This document shows, piece after piece, positions 8,266-17,013 of a stretch of DNA of 44,565 nt. The stretch spans positions 1 to 44,565 of the forward strand of contig CAZPUU010000001.1 of assembly GCA_964589835.1 (NCBI GenBank). Reading direction: 5' to 3'. The translations under genes were made by a program, and so were the position numbers. The notes beneath the pieces are model-generated. The model was not told the DNA's origin. It did no database searches and worked only from the letters and a program-made list of their open reading frames with translations. The stretch's first letter is position 1. Each line of letters starts with the position of its first letter. The DNA comes from an uncultured Gammaproteobacteria bacterium. GTDB taxonomy: Bacteria > Patescibacteriota > Microgenomatia > Levybacterales > GWA1-39-11.

Positions 8266-9865
8266 AAACGCTTAAACTTGTTCCTCCGTCGGCTGCCATA
8301 AATTTGACTATCGGCTCTGCATCAATATATCCACCCGGGACGATTACTAGCGCCTCCTGCGGCAAGGTTTCCAGATAGTCAAGATCTCCTTTCTCTTTAA
8401 TTAAGTTACCTATGTATAGATTGTCGAGATTGATGTATCCCTCATTCAATTGTACGCTTTTTCTGTATGCAGATTGGAATTTTTGCGGATCAACTATGTT
8501 GTAAAAAGCATATAAAATTGCCCAGTCCGGCCCTCCGTGAATTATTACCGGTGAATCTTTTTTTGCGGCATAGTAAAGCGCCTCTTTTTGGGAGTATCCC
8601 CACCAGTCTCTTGAATATATTGGATACGAAAAGTAATAGTTATAAAAAAAGTAAGCAAAAAGAATCGATGAAATAACAAAAAATGATACTATAATCGGTG
8701 TTTGTCTCTTGAAATACGAATACATTACAAAAAAACCGAATGCACTTATTAATAGAGGGGGGACCAATGCATTTACATCTCTGTAGGCGTAGTTGCCGTT
8801 CATGGTTATTGCTCCTGGTATAAGACCAAGAGCCATCCAACCTGCCAATAGAAAAAGAGCTTTCCGGTGTTTTCGCCATAGCGCAAATAATCCTACGATG
8901 AATGCAGGTAGTTCAAATAAATGATACTGTCCATAATTTCCAATTCCTTTATCCAGATTGTTTTCCCCGTTCACAAATAGATAATTCAAAGATAGTGGAT
9001 TGATATAAATATTCGTGAATTCCCGAATGTAGTAGGTCGCCTTGTTGCTGAATATACCCGAAATTGAAAGGGGTACTAATGAATTTGTCCTTTGCATATC
9101 AACAATCCTTTTGGCTCTTGCGTTGTTAAATATGCTGACATTGTGAAATTCTGACGCACCTTCGCCATTAAGTGCAAGATAAGCAACAACACTACACGAC
9201 ACCGCAAATAAAAGGATTGAGACTGACATAAAAATTTTCATCGCAAAAATCCTCTTAAAATTGCTGAGAAATAAGACTAAGAGTATCAGTGGGGTCACTA
9301 TTTTTGCGGGATGATATGAGAAAAGGGAAAGAGAAAAAGCAACAGACGAAATAATCAAGAAATATTTCCGTTCTTTACTCAATTCAAAAAACAATATCCC
9401 GGAAGCAACTAACAGACACGAGAGTTGCACCTCAAGACCGGTCCTGGAGAGATGTATCGACCATGGATTTATAGCGGTCAGAAATGCCGCAATAATTGCA
9501 ACATCATCCCTCAACAATAATTTTTTTGCAAGAAAATAGACGCAAAGGATAAGAAGAGTCCCGAAAACCACAGAAGGAAAGCGCTCAGTTACCGGATTTA
9601 ACCCGAACAACAGAACAAAGGGAATTACACTATAGGTGTAAAGTGGCGGGCGGTAATTATTCGCCTGATCTTGAAAATGAAGCGGCCATGCGTTTCCATA
9701 TGGATCCATACCCGTCTCAATAAGAGTGAGCGCGGTGTATCCCGTATCTGCTTCGTCTGCGTGCATTGCGGGGGGATTAGTTGACAGAAATATAAAACGG
9801 AGCAGAAATCCGATAACCAGAATCACTCCTAACAAAAATGCTCTTTTCCCGGTTAATTTATTCAT
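8249..9865 (-). CDS. PMT_2/ArnT-like GT-C membrane glycosyltransferase (family A, most divergent of the tandem trio)
   Basis: 538 aa. Motifs: AMHADEADTGYTALTLIETGMDPYGNAWP, INPWSIHLSRTGLEVQLS, LNYLFVNGENN, and tail DWAILYAFYNIVDPQKFQ. Confidence 0.75.
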   Translation of the reverse strand: MNKLTGKRAFLLGVILVIGFLLRFIFLSTNPPAMHADEADTGYTALTLIETGMDPYGNAWPLHFQDQANNYRPPLYTYSVIPFVLLFGLNPVTERFPSVVFGTLLILCVYFLAKKLLLRDDVAIIAAFLTAINPWSIHLSRTGLEVQLSCLLVASGILFFELSKERKYFLIISSVAFSLSLFSYHPAKIVTPLILLVLFLSNFKRIFAMKIFMSVSILLFAVSCSVVAYLALNGEGASEFHNVSIFNNARAKRIVDMQRTNSLVPLSISGIFSNKATYYIREFTNIYINPLSLNYLFVNGENNLDKGIGNYGQYHLFELPAFIVGLFALWRKHRKALFLLAGWMALGLIPGAITMNGNYAYRDVNALVPPLLISAFGFFVMYSYFKRQTPIIVSFFVISSILFAYFFYNYYFSYPIYSRDWWGYSQKEALYYAAKKDSPVIIHGGPDWAILYAFYNIVDPQKFQSAYRKSVQLNEGYINLDNLYIGNLIKEKGDLDYLETLPQEALVIVPGGYIDAEPIVKFMAADGGTSLSVYVKKK

Positions 9866-11828
9866 TCTTATTTATTATTCTATCAATTTTTTGAGAATTC
9901 ACTTTGAGGATTTTTACCTCTTTATTTTTGTAGATTGTATCCAAGAATTGGGCTGACTCAGTCGAAGCGATGCCCGCACTTTTTCCAAGAATTATGTAAG
10001 AAATATTACTTTTTTTGATTGCCAGAACAGCTTCACTTGTTGTGCCCGTCAAGATCTGCGACTGAATTGCCTCCTTCTCATCCGTAGCAACTCCGTGACT
10101 CGCAAGAATTTGCGTACCCGATAGATACATTGGCTGCTGACTAAAATAATGTATATATGGACTTTTCTGATCAAGAATAAAATATTTGTGATCGATAAGC
10201 GTCAAACCTTTCTTTTGAGTTTTGAGAAAATTAAATGCATTGTATTGATTTGTCGTTATCAACTCGGCTTTATGATTCAAAAGCCTCTCGATATTAAGCT
10301 TTGTTTCCTGGACGACTCTTGGTATTGTAAGACCGATAATAACAAGTGCAACTGTTACTGAAATCTTTTTATTAAAAGAGGTAAGCCAAAAAGCGGTTGC
10401 TGCTGTATAAATACTTCCTACAATAAAAACGTTGACTGTAAAATTAAACGTATTCGAACCGCCCGATGTTTGCTGAAAGAAAAATCCCACAATAAGGCTC
10501 GGAATAATTCCTGCAATAAGAAAAACATGTAGTTCCGGCAGGAACATATGAATAGTTTTTCTCGATTGGATAAGTCCGATTAATTTCGTTCCAAAAAGTG
10601 AAAATACTACAATGCAAAAATAAAGAATTTCAAAAAAGAATGCCTTGAAATACTTGTTGTCATCCAAAAAAACCCGCCTGGCAAGTTCGAGCCGCTCGAG
10701 CTGAAGGTAGGGCTGGACAATGAAGTTCTCAAAAAACCAAAAAGAAGTAAAGTACAATCCTCCGGCTCCACTGTTGACCGGTAAATAGAAAATGAGCGCT
10801 ACCAAAAAACAGCTTGCACTCAGAAGAAGATTTTTAAATTCACGTTTCACAATCCAAAAAAGTGAAAGAACACCTACTCCGAGCAAAGCAAAAATACCAA
10901 CATACACCTTAAAACCAATGAGAGTACCTATCACAATGCCGATTAAAAAAATAAGTAAAAAGTTCTTCTTATTTAGCAGCCAATATTGGAGTAAGCTCAA
11001 TCCTCCAAAGAATTGGACCAGTGCAAATGCTCGTGGAGGGTTACTTAAAAATTTCGTACCATCCTCCAACGAACCCATACTGAAATAATTCGTCCCTTTT
11101 TGAAGAATTACCATTAACAACCAAATAAAATCCCCCCCAAAATAGATAAAAAATAACAACCACAGAGAATAACGTATTTTTTTTGTAACGGTAAGCCCGA
11201 ACGACAGCACTGTCAGCCCAAGCATTACGGGGAGATAAATTGATGAGAATTGGTACTGAAGAATATTTAGAGGAATTACAAATACCCTGCTTAACTCTGC
11301 TGTGAATATATTTGAAAGATAATGATAATTTTTTACAATTACCCCATAAAGACCGGGTTCGAAAGGAGGTATATTTTTTACAATTTCGGAACTTAATGCA
11401 AGGAAATATAAATTATCACTCACATCTACACAGCAAAGCGAGATACCTTTAGGTCCCAGAACGCCGGTGAGTATTCCGAACGAAATTTGCATGAGGGAAC
11501 CTATCGCGATAATAATAAGCGGAAGCAAAAGCTTTTTTTCGGGTAATAACCTGATTTTTACACCTCTCAGTTGACGAATTGAAATTATTACCATAGCCAA
11601 GATGTAAAGATACGTAAGAAACCGTATATGCAAAAAGCCGAATACAAACCCTTGAGATACCCAGAATGCAGCTCCTACAACGAATGAAAGGGCGAAAAGA
11701 ACAACAGGTGGAAATTTTATAGCGGTAAGCCTTAGAACAACATTGCCCGGAATAAATACAGCAAGAATTGTTGCTGCAAAAGAATACAAAAGTAGAAATA
11801 GAAATTCAACGGAAATTATGTTGTACAT
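9858..11828 (-). CDS. Uncharacterised large polytopic membrane protein (family C), GT-C-like architecture; paralog of 24244..26214
   Basis: 656 aa, the same length as its paralog. Shared blocks: LH(I/L)RFLTY(L/I)Y, an acidic loop (VDVSDN vs SADDT), FPP(F/I)EPG..G..V.NYHY.SN...AEL.RVF, LEDGT.FL.N.PRAF, GSLIGFKV, PVN(S/A)GAGG, ELARRV. It has a C-terminal soluble domain of about 120 aa. Confidence 0.45.
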   Translation of the reverse strand: MYNIISVEFLFLLLYSFAATILAVFIPGNVVLRLTAIKFPPVVLFALSFVVGAAFWVSQGFVFGFLHIRFLTYLYILAMVIISIRQLRGVKIRLLPEKKLLLPLIIIAIGSLMQISFGILTGVLGPKGISLCCVDVSDNLYFLALSSEIVKNIPPFEPGLYGVIVKNYHYLSNIFTAELSRVFVIPLNILQYQFSSIYLPVMLGLTVLSFGLTVTKKIRYSLWLLFFIYFGGDFIWLLMVILQKGTNYFSMGSLEDGTKFLSNPPRAFALVQFFGGLSLLQYWLLNKKNFLLIFLIGIVIGTLIGFKVYVGIFALLGVGVLSLFWIVKREFKNLLLSASCFLVALIFYLPVNSGAGGLYFTSFWFFENFIVQPYLQLERLELARRVFLDDNKYFKAFFFEILYFCIVVFSLFGTKLIGLIQSRKTIHMFLPELHVFLIAGIIPSLIVGFFFQQTSGGSNTFNFTVNVFIVGSIYTAATAFWLTSFNKKISVTVALVIIGLTIPRVVQETKLNIERLLNHKAELITTNQYNAFNFLKTQKKGLTLIDHKYFILDQKSPYIHYFSQQPMYLSGTQILASHGVATDEKEAIQSQILTGTTSEAVLAIKKSNISYIILGKSAGIASTESAQFLDTIYKNKEVKILKVNSQKIDRIINKNE

Positions 11829-11831
11829 GTG

Positions 11832-13070
11832 TTATTTCGAGGTTCTTTCTTCCGGCCAGAAATACGCAACTAAAAAAACCATTGTGAGATAACCCATATG
11901 GCTATTGTTAAAGTAGCGTGACATATACCAATAAACAAAAGCAAGCAATCCATAGGTAAATAGCAACATCCTGATGCTTGGGTGTTTTCTCAACAGTGCA
12001 AGAATCGCGATCAATAGTGGTGTTACAACAAGCACCTGCCAAAATATAAAAGGGTACGGTGCGTTCAGGTCTTTAATAACTCCAAGTTGGTGCAAGAGGC
12101 TCCCGAGTCCATAGCCTGAAATGGGATAACTGTGAAGGGTATTACCGGAAAGATAAAAAACAGTACTATTCAAAAACGCCTCCGGATTCCAAAGAAAAAA
12201 AGGAACGCTAAAAATTACACACGTCACAACGAAGGACGCCAATCTTTTTGCAGTGATTTTAATATTATCGGATATGAAATAAAGATAAGCAAAATACAAC
12301 GGCAAAATCGGCCAAATAGACTGTTTTACAACAAATGCAAGACCTACAAGAATTCCCGACATGGTAAATCTTTTTTTTGCCAGGAGGACAAGACCGCCGA
12401 ATAAAAAGGCGAACATGAATACATCGGACCTTCCCTCGAGGGTGTACGAGAACATGGCAGGGTTAAGCGCCAAAAGTGTCGTGAACAATATCTTTTGCTC
12501 CCGATCCCGAACGATACGAAATGCCATTATGAGTAGTGATAAATAAAGAAAAAATAGTGGAATTCTGCCATCGAAATATCCGATTGTATGATTTGAAATA
12601 TAGTAAAAAGGCAAAGAAAACAGCAGATAGAACGGCATCATCACAAAATGATAAAGCGCCGGATTAACCGACGTTTCACTGTAATGCCAAGCTGCCATGA
12701 ATGTATTGTGATAAGTCGCGGCCCAAGGATTGATGCCATCCAAAAAGAACCGGATGGCAGCTTCAAGCTGCAAGATAATATCGTGAATTTGAAAAACAGG
12801 GGCAACCTTGTGCCGAACAACAATTGCAGATACAAAAGCGCCGCCAACGGCAAGTGCGAGAATTGACCAGAAAAGAATATTTTTGTAAAAATAATACCTG
12901 TTTTCAGAAAGCTTCACCACATCCAAAAGAAATGTAAGAAAGAGGCATAAGAAAATAAGGCCGAATTGGATGAAATTCGTGTCTCCCGGAAATATCTGGT
13001 AGGTCATAACGATTGGCACAATAAGCGCTGCCAATACTACACTCGAAAGCGAAAGGCGCATATTTTTCAT
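11832..13070 (-). CDS. GT87/DUF2029-like polytopic membrane glycosyltransferase candidate (family D)
   Basis: 412 aa. Loop motif IHDIILQLEAAIRFFLDGINPW, then ALNPAMFSYTLEGRSDVFMF. This resembles the D....G.NPY / LNP....G..D pattern of PimE-type GT87 proteins. ATGA overlap with the upstream GT2 synthase-like gene. Confidence 0.5.
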   Translation of the reverse strand: MKNMRLSLSSVVLAALIVPIVMTYQIFPGDTNFIQFGLIFLCLFLTFLLDVVKLSENRYYFYKNILFWSILALAVGGAFVSAIVVRHKVAPVFQIHDIILQLEAAIRFFLDGINPWAATYHNTFMAAWHYSETSVNPALYHFVMMPFYLLFSLPFYYISNHTIGYFDGRIPLFFLYLSLLIMAFRIVRDREQKILFTTLLALNPAMFSYTLEGRSDVFMFAFLFGGLVLLAKKRFTMSGILVGLAFVVKQSIWPILPLYFAYLYFISDNIKITAKRLASFVVTCVIFSVPFFLWNPEAFLNSTVFYLSGNTLHSYPISGYGLGSLLHQLGVIKDLNAPYPFIFWQVLVVTPLLIAILALLRKHPSIRMLLFTYGLLAFVYWYMSRYFNNSHMGYLTMVFLVAYFWPEERTSK

Positions 13071-13798
13071 GATGAAAATCTATATTTAACCAGAGTTGAT
13101 ACTGCCTTAAATCCGTCACGGAATGTATTCAATTTTTTCCCCTCATTATATCCACGGGGTGTAGTCGTAATCGGAATTTCTATCAAATTAAGCTTTCTTT
13201 TCAAAAGTTTCGCTGTCAATTCGGGCTCCAACTCAAATCCACGGGCATTGAGCTTTAATTCTAGCGCAGCTTTCCTGGGAAACAACTTGTAGCAAGTCTC
13301 CATATCCGTTACCCATTTTCCATACAAAACGCTCGTTAACAAACTTAAGAATTTATTCCCCAAATAGTGAAGGATGAATCGGAACGTCTTTTCCTCGCGC
13401 CCAAAATGAGGCAATCTCCGAAGCCTTGAACCATATATCACATCTTTGTTGAAATCCTTGATACCCGCAACTAACCTTATGATATCTTGAGGATTATACT
13501 CAAGGTCGGCATCCTGTATAACAATGTAGTCCCCTTTTGCTTCTGAAATTCCCGTGATGACAGCAGCTCCTTTTCCTTTATTTCTCTCGTGAATGATAAA
13601 TTTTATCTTACCCTCTTTTGAGATAAATTCTTTTATCATTTTTTGAGTTTTGTCGGTAGAACCATCGTCAACCACAAGAATTTCCTTTTCAAATTTGGGA
13701 ATTGTCACTTTTGAAACTGCACCCAAAACATCTTTAATGGTTTTCTCTTCATTGTATACGGGAATCACAATCGAAAGAAGGGGTTTTGAGGCTGTCAT
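13067..13798 (-). CDS. GT2, DPM1/GtrB-type polyprenyl-phosphate-sugar synthase-like (no TM segment)
   Basis: 243 aa. Motifs: LSIVIPVYNEE, VVDDGSTDKT, NKGKGAAV, IQDADLEYNP, YGSR. Confidence 0.7.
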   Translation of the reverse strand: MTASKPLLSIVIPVYNEEKTIKDVLGAVSKVTIPKFEKEILVVDDGSTDKTQKMIKEFISKEGKIKFIIHERNKGKGAAVITGISEAKGDYIVIQDADLEYNPQDIIRLVAGIKDFNKDVIYGSRLRRLPHFGREEKTFRFILHYLGNKFLSLLTSVLYGKWVTDMETCYKLFPRKAALELKLNARGFELEPELTAKLLKRKLNLIEIPITTTPRGYNEGKKLNTFRDGFKAVSTLVKYRFSS

Positions 13799-14727
13799 GA
13801 GATTTTTTTAATAATTTCTAAATCGGAAATCTTATAAGATTTTCCTTGCTTTTTTCTTTTATTCATTATAGCAGGTAACAATGCTATGGCAAGAAATAAT
13901 CCTTTCACTAAATTAAAATCACCGCGCTTAAATGCACCAAAAACATGAATAGGAAGATGCAAAAAATGATCAACGAGCAAATGTGATGTTGAGATATTTT
14001 TCCATATAAATACAAATTGGTTTCTATAGGCAGTTGTGGTTACTTGCGAAGATGTAAAATTAGTCATTATTGCCCCCTTCTCATGAAAATGAGTAACTTC
14101 TGAATCTCTATCAAAAAGAATCGTGTACCCGGATTTCTGTGCGCGGTATGAAAGATCTATGTCTTCCCAATAAAAAGGGTTATATATCTCATCCATTCCT
14201 CCGAGATCCTCATACATACTTCGCCTAAAAACACTGCTCCCCCCGGATACCCAGAAGGTATCGGGGCGATTCACTTCTCCACGTGAATGAAGGAGCATCC
14301 CCTTTTCCCAACGGGCAACTCCCCTTCCCCGAAAGATCTTCTTTTCCCCCTCGATGCTTTCATCCATGCATCCAACGGCAAACAATTTATCATCACGACT
14401 TAACTTGGATATAGGAGACTTGAGAAAATCCCGTTTTGGCACTACATCGCTGTTTAGAAGTACTACAAAGTCAGCAAGCGACATTTTTACTCCTGTATTG
14501 ACCGCAGAAGAAAACCCTTTGTTTTTTTTATGCTCGTGCAGCTGAATTCTTTTGTCGTGCAATCCCGTAATAACATTTCGAAGATACTCCTTGTCTGTCG
14601 GCATCGAACCATCATCAACTATGATCACAGAAGAATCATAGGACACGATACTTTCCAATACAGACTTTATGTTCTTCTCGATTAAATGAGATCCGTTGTA
14701 GTTGGGAATAATAATATCGATTTTCAT
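13795..14727 (-). CDS. GT2 family glycosyltransferase (GT-A fold)
   Basis: 310 aa. Motifs: IIIPNYNG, IVDDGS, LLNSDV, YWEDIDLSYRAQKSGY. Hydrophobic C-terminal segment GLFLAIALLPAIM. Confidence 0.8.
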   Translation of the reverse strand: MKIDIIIPNYNGSHLIEKNIKSVLESIVSYDSSVIIVDDGSMPTDKEYLRNVITGLHDKRIQLHEHKKNKGFSSAVNTGVKMSLADFVVLLNSDVVPKRDFLKSPISKLSRDDKLFAVGCMDESIEGEKKIFRGRGVARWEKGMLLHSRGEVNRPDTFWVSGGSSVFRRSMYEDLGGMDEIYNPFYWEDIDLSYRAQKSGYTILFDRDSEVTHFHEKGAIMTNFTSSQVTTTAYRNQFVFIWKNISTSHLLVDHFLHLPIHVFGAFKRGDFNLVKGLFLAIALLPAIMNKRKKQGKSYKISDLEIIKKIS

Positions 14728-17013
14728 TTAAAAAAGGTTGTTCTTAAAAATTATAGTGTGCCGGCCATTTGGAATAAATACCCCGCGGAAGGAAAGATTT
14801 GTTTGTATAATTTTACCCTCAACTCCATCAACAAAAACTTTCCATGTGGGATAAAACGCATCCGACAAGACCAAAAAGCCGTCTCCCTCATTCATTGTTG
14901 ATAGAAAAACCTCATCATCTGTATATTTAGTAATTTCAACTCTTCCAACAGACACTACTCTCTCAAAATCTTTATCACTCCCGATAATTGCCGCCTCTTT
15001 CAGGTTATTCGTAAAAATGGCTTGCACCGGATTTTTACTATACACGACTTTATTAACAAAATACGCCCTCTCAAAAGCAAGGGTATTCCTATAGATTTTT
15101 GTTTCCCCCTCTTCGTGTATTTTCATGAGTTTTGGCGACGACAACTCCTCAAAAGAGAGTACGTATTTCGTATTTAAGAAATCAAATAACTGTGAATCAT
15201 AATTATGAGGAGTTATTATTCTATTGAACCCATACGGCGGAGAAATATCCGGTTTGTTACGCTCAAGCGCCACAATAAATTCGGCGTATGACTTAAGATA
15301 CAACGGATCGTATCCCTCTATCGTCTGAATTTTGTAGTGGGTGAAAAAATTCGGTGGCATGATTCTTCTATCCAAAACAGCAACCCGGAAAACCCCTTTA
15401 TCTTGCTGTAAAAGCTTTAACGTCGACGTTTCCGGATACAAATATTTTGTTGATCCAAAAGTTGTAAATTTTTGAGAAAACCTCAGAAGGTCAAATAGCA
15501 CAAGAAGTATCACAAGTATTGCTATTGCCTCCTTTGTTTTTTGTTTTTTCATGATAATGCCGGCAATTAAAAGTATGCAAACGAGAATAAAAATGATTGT
15601 CGGAAATATCAAATTTCTTTGGGCAACTAATATATTCTCAGAAGATTCAAAAAACGAATGGGATCCCAAAAGTACAATTATCCACAAGAGACTAAAAATT
15701 CCTCCCGTTATAAATAACGGAAGAACTGTTCTTATAGATAAAGTGCTTTTTTTCAGAACATACGACGCTCCGAATGCTGAGAGAACACAAAGAGAAAACA
15801 CAATCAAAAAGACAAGACGTGTAGGCTGAGCTGTTGACAATAGCGGAAGATGTAGCAAGAACGGAACTTTACCAACAATTGTCGGGAGTCCAAAAAGAAG
15901 AGAAAGTAGCAAAATAAAAGTGAAAAAATAGACGGTTCTACTCCTCTTATAATATGCACATAGCGCAAAAATTAGAGGCATTATTCCTATGTAACCTGTC
16001 AATTCACCATAATTCCAGGTTCCCCAATAATTCAATGTCGCGGGGTTTCCAAAGAAGTCAGGAGCTAGAAATTGAATAAGATGCCGGTATGGCAAGAACC
16101 ACCCGGCAGACTCGATGAGATTCTGATCAATACCTCTGGCGGAATGAGTGATAAAGGTAAGTGTTGGCAACCACTGGAAAATTGTGGCAAGGATAAAAAG
16201 AGCATTTGCCAGCACAAAAAATAAAAGAGTTCTTGGATTTAATTTTCTTTCCGTCAGGCGTAGTACAAAATATGCAGTTGTTGTGATATATAAATAGAAA
16301 AATATCTGAAGATGGCCTGCAAGAAAACTCGCTATCAATGACGCGGTAAATACAAGCAACCATACGAGTTGCATGGATACTTTTCCAAAAAGAAATTTTC
16401 TATTTTTCACCTCGGCAAAAAATTTGTCAATTGCAAGCAGCGCAAGCGGTAACCACAACGCCGTATGGATCACATTCCCCCACTCAAGCCAAGATATCGA
16501 AAATCCTGAAAACGTAAATGCTGCAGATCCAATCACTGAAGGCACTGTATCCAGTTTTAAATTCCGAAGGTAAAGATAGGTAAATACTCCCAGAAGTAAA
16601 GTTTGCAAAACGATCAAGACAGACCACACAATTTCAAATGAACCAAAAAATAACAATATGTTCAGGGGATAAAATGCGCCGGATTGAAAATTGGAGATTA
16701 ACGGTTTTCCTGTCATTTCGTACGGATTCCAAGAAGGAATTTTCAGATTTTTCCACCCATCAAACACCAACTCTTTCCAAACATACGTTTGTCTGACCGG
16801 ATCGGTTATCAGAAAATTCTTGAAAGGAATGCCTCTCGGATAATTATGAGAATTGAAATCTCTGTAAGGATGGTACAGTCCGACTATTGTGTCTGTTGGA
16901 AGTGGAATCCTAACATCTCCCCTTAATACCGAAAAAAAGAAAGGAGAATAAAAGAAAATAATTGCACACAAAAAAATAAGAATTGCAGCGTGCTTCCTAA
17001 TTTTTTCTACCAT
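14728..17013 (-). CDS. YfhO-family GT-C membrane glycosyltransferase (family E)
   Basis: 761 aa. Contains PSWNPYEMTGKPLISNFQSGAFYPLNILLF and the C-terminal module DAFYPTWKVFVDGVEGKIIQTNLSFRGVFIPNGRHTIIF. Unlike its two paralogs it ends right after this module, with no terminal TM anchor. Confidence 0.75.
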   Translation of the reverse strand: MVEKIRKHAAILIFLCAIIFFYSPFFFSVLRGDVRIPLPTDTIVGLYHPYRDFNSHNYPRGIPFKNFLITDPVRQTYVWKELVFDGWKNLKIPSWNPYEMTGKPLISNFQSGAFYPLNILLFFGSFEIVWSVLIVLQTLLLGVFTYLYLRNLKLDTVPSVIGSAAFTFSGFSISWLEWGNVIHTALWLPLALLAIDKFFAEVKNRKFLFGKVSMQLVWLLVFTASLIASFLAGHLQIFFYLYITTTAYFVLRLTERKLNPRTLLFFVLANALFILATIFQWLPTLTFITHSARGIDQNLIESAGWFLPYRHLIQFLAPDFFGNPATLNYWGTWNYGELTGYIGIMPLIFALCAYYKRSRTVYFFTFILLLSLLFGLPTIVGKVPFLLHLPLLSTAQPTRLVFLIVFSLCVLSAFGASYVLKKSTLSIRTVLPLFITGGIFSLLWIIVLLGSHSFFESSENILVAQRNLIFPTIIFILVCILLIAGIIMKKQKTKEAIAILVILLVLFDLLRFSQKFTTFGSTKYLYPETSTLKLLQQDKGVFRVAVLDRRIMPPNFFTHYKIQTIEGYDPLYLKSYAEFIVALERNKPDISPPYGFNRIITPHNYDSQLFDFLNTKYVLSFEELSSPKLMKIHEEGETKIYRNTLAFERAYFVNKVVYSKNPVQAIFTNNLKEAAIIGSDKDFERVVSVGRVEITKYTDDEVFLSTMNEGDGFLVLSDAFYPTWKVFVDGVEGKIIQTNLSFRGVFIPNGRHTIIFKNNLF

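Noticed and set aside
11132-11138. Homopolymer tracts as possible slipped-strand phase-variation switches: G7 (minus strand) here, A9 at 37555..37563, A8 (minus strand) at 7916..7923, and several other 8-mers
   Set aside because: Each is explained by ordinary codon use: GG as GGG-GGG, and KKK or KKN as AAA codons. A/T runs of this length are expected in AT-rich DNA. Similar G6/C6 runs occur elsewhere (988..993, encoding PP). There is no evidence of frame disruption. Population-level length variation in reads would be needed to revive the idea.
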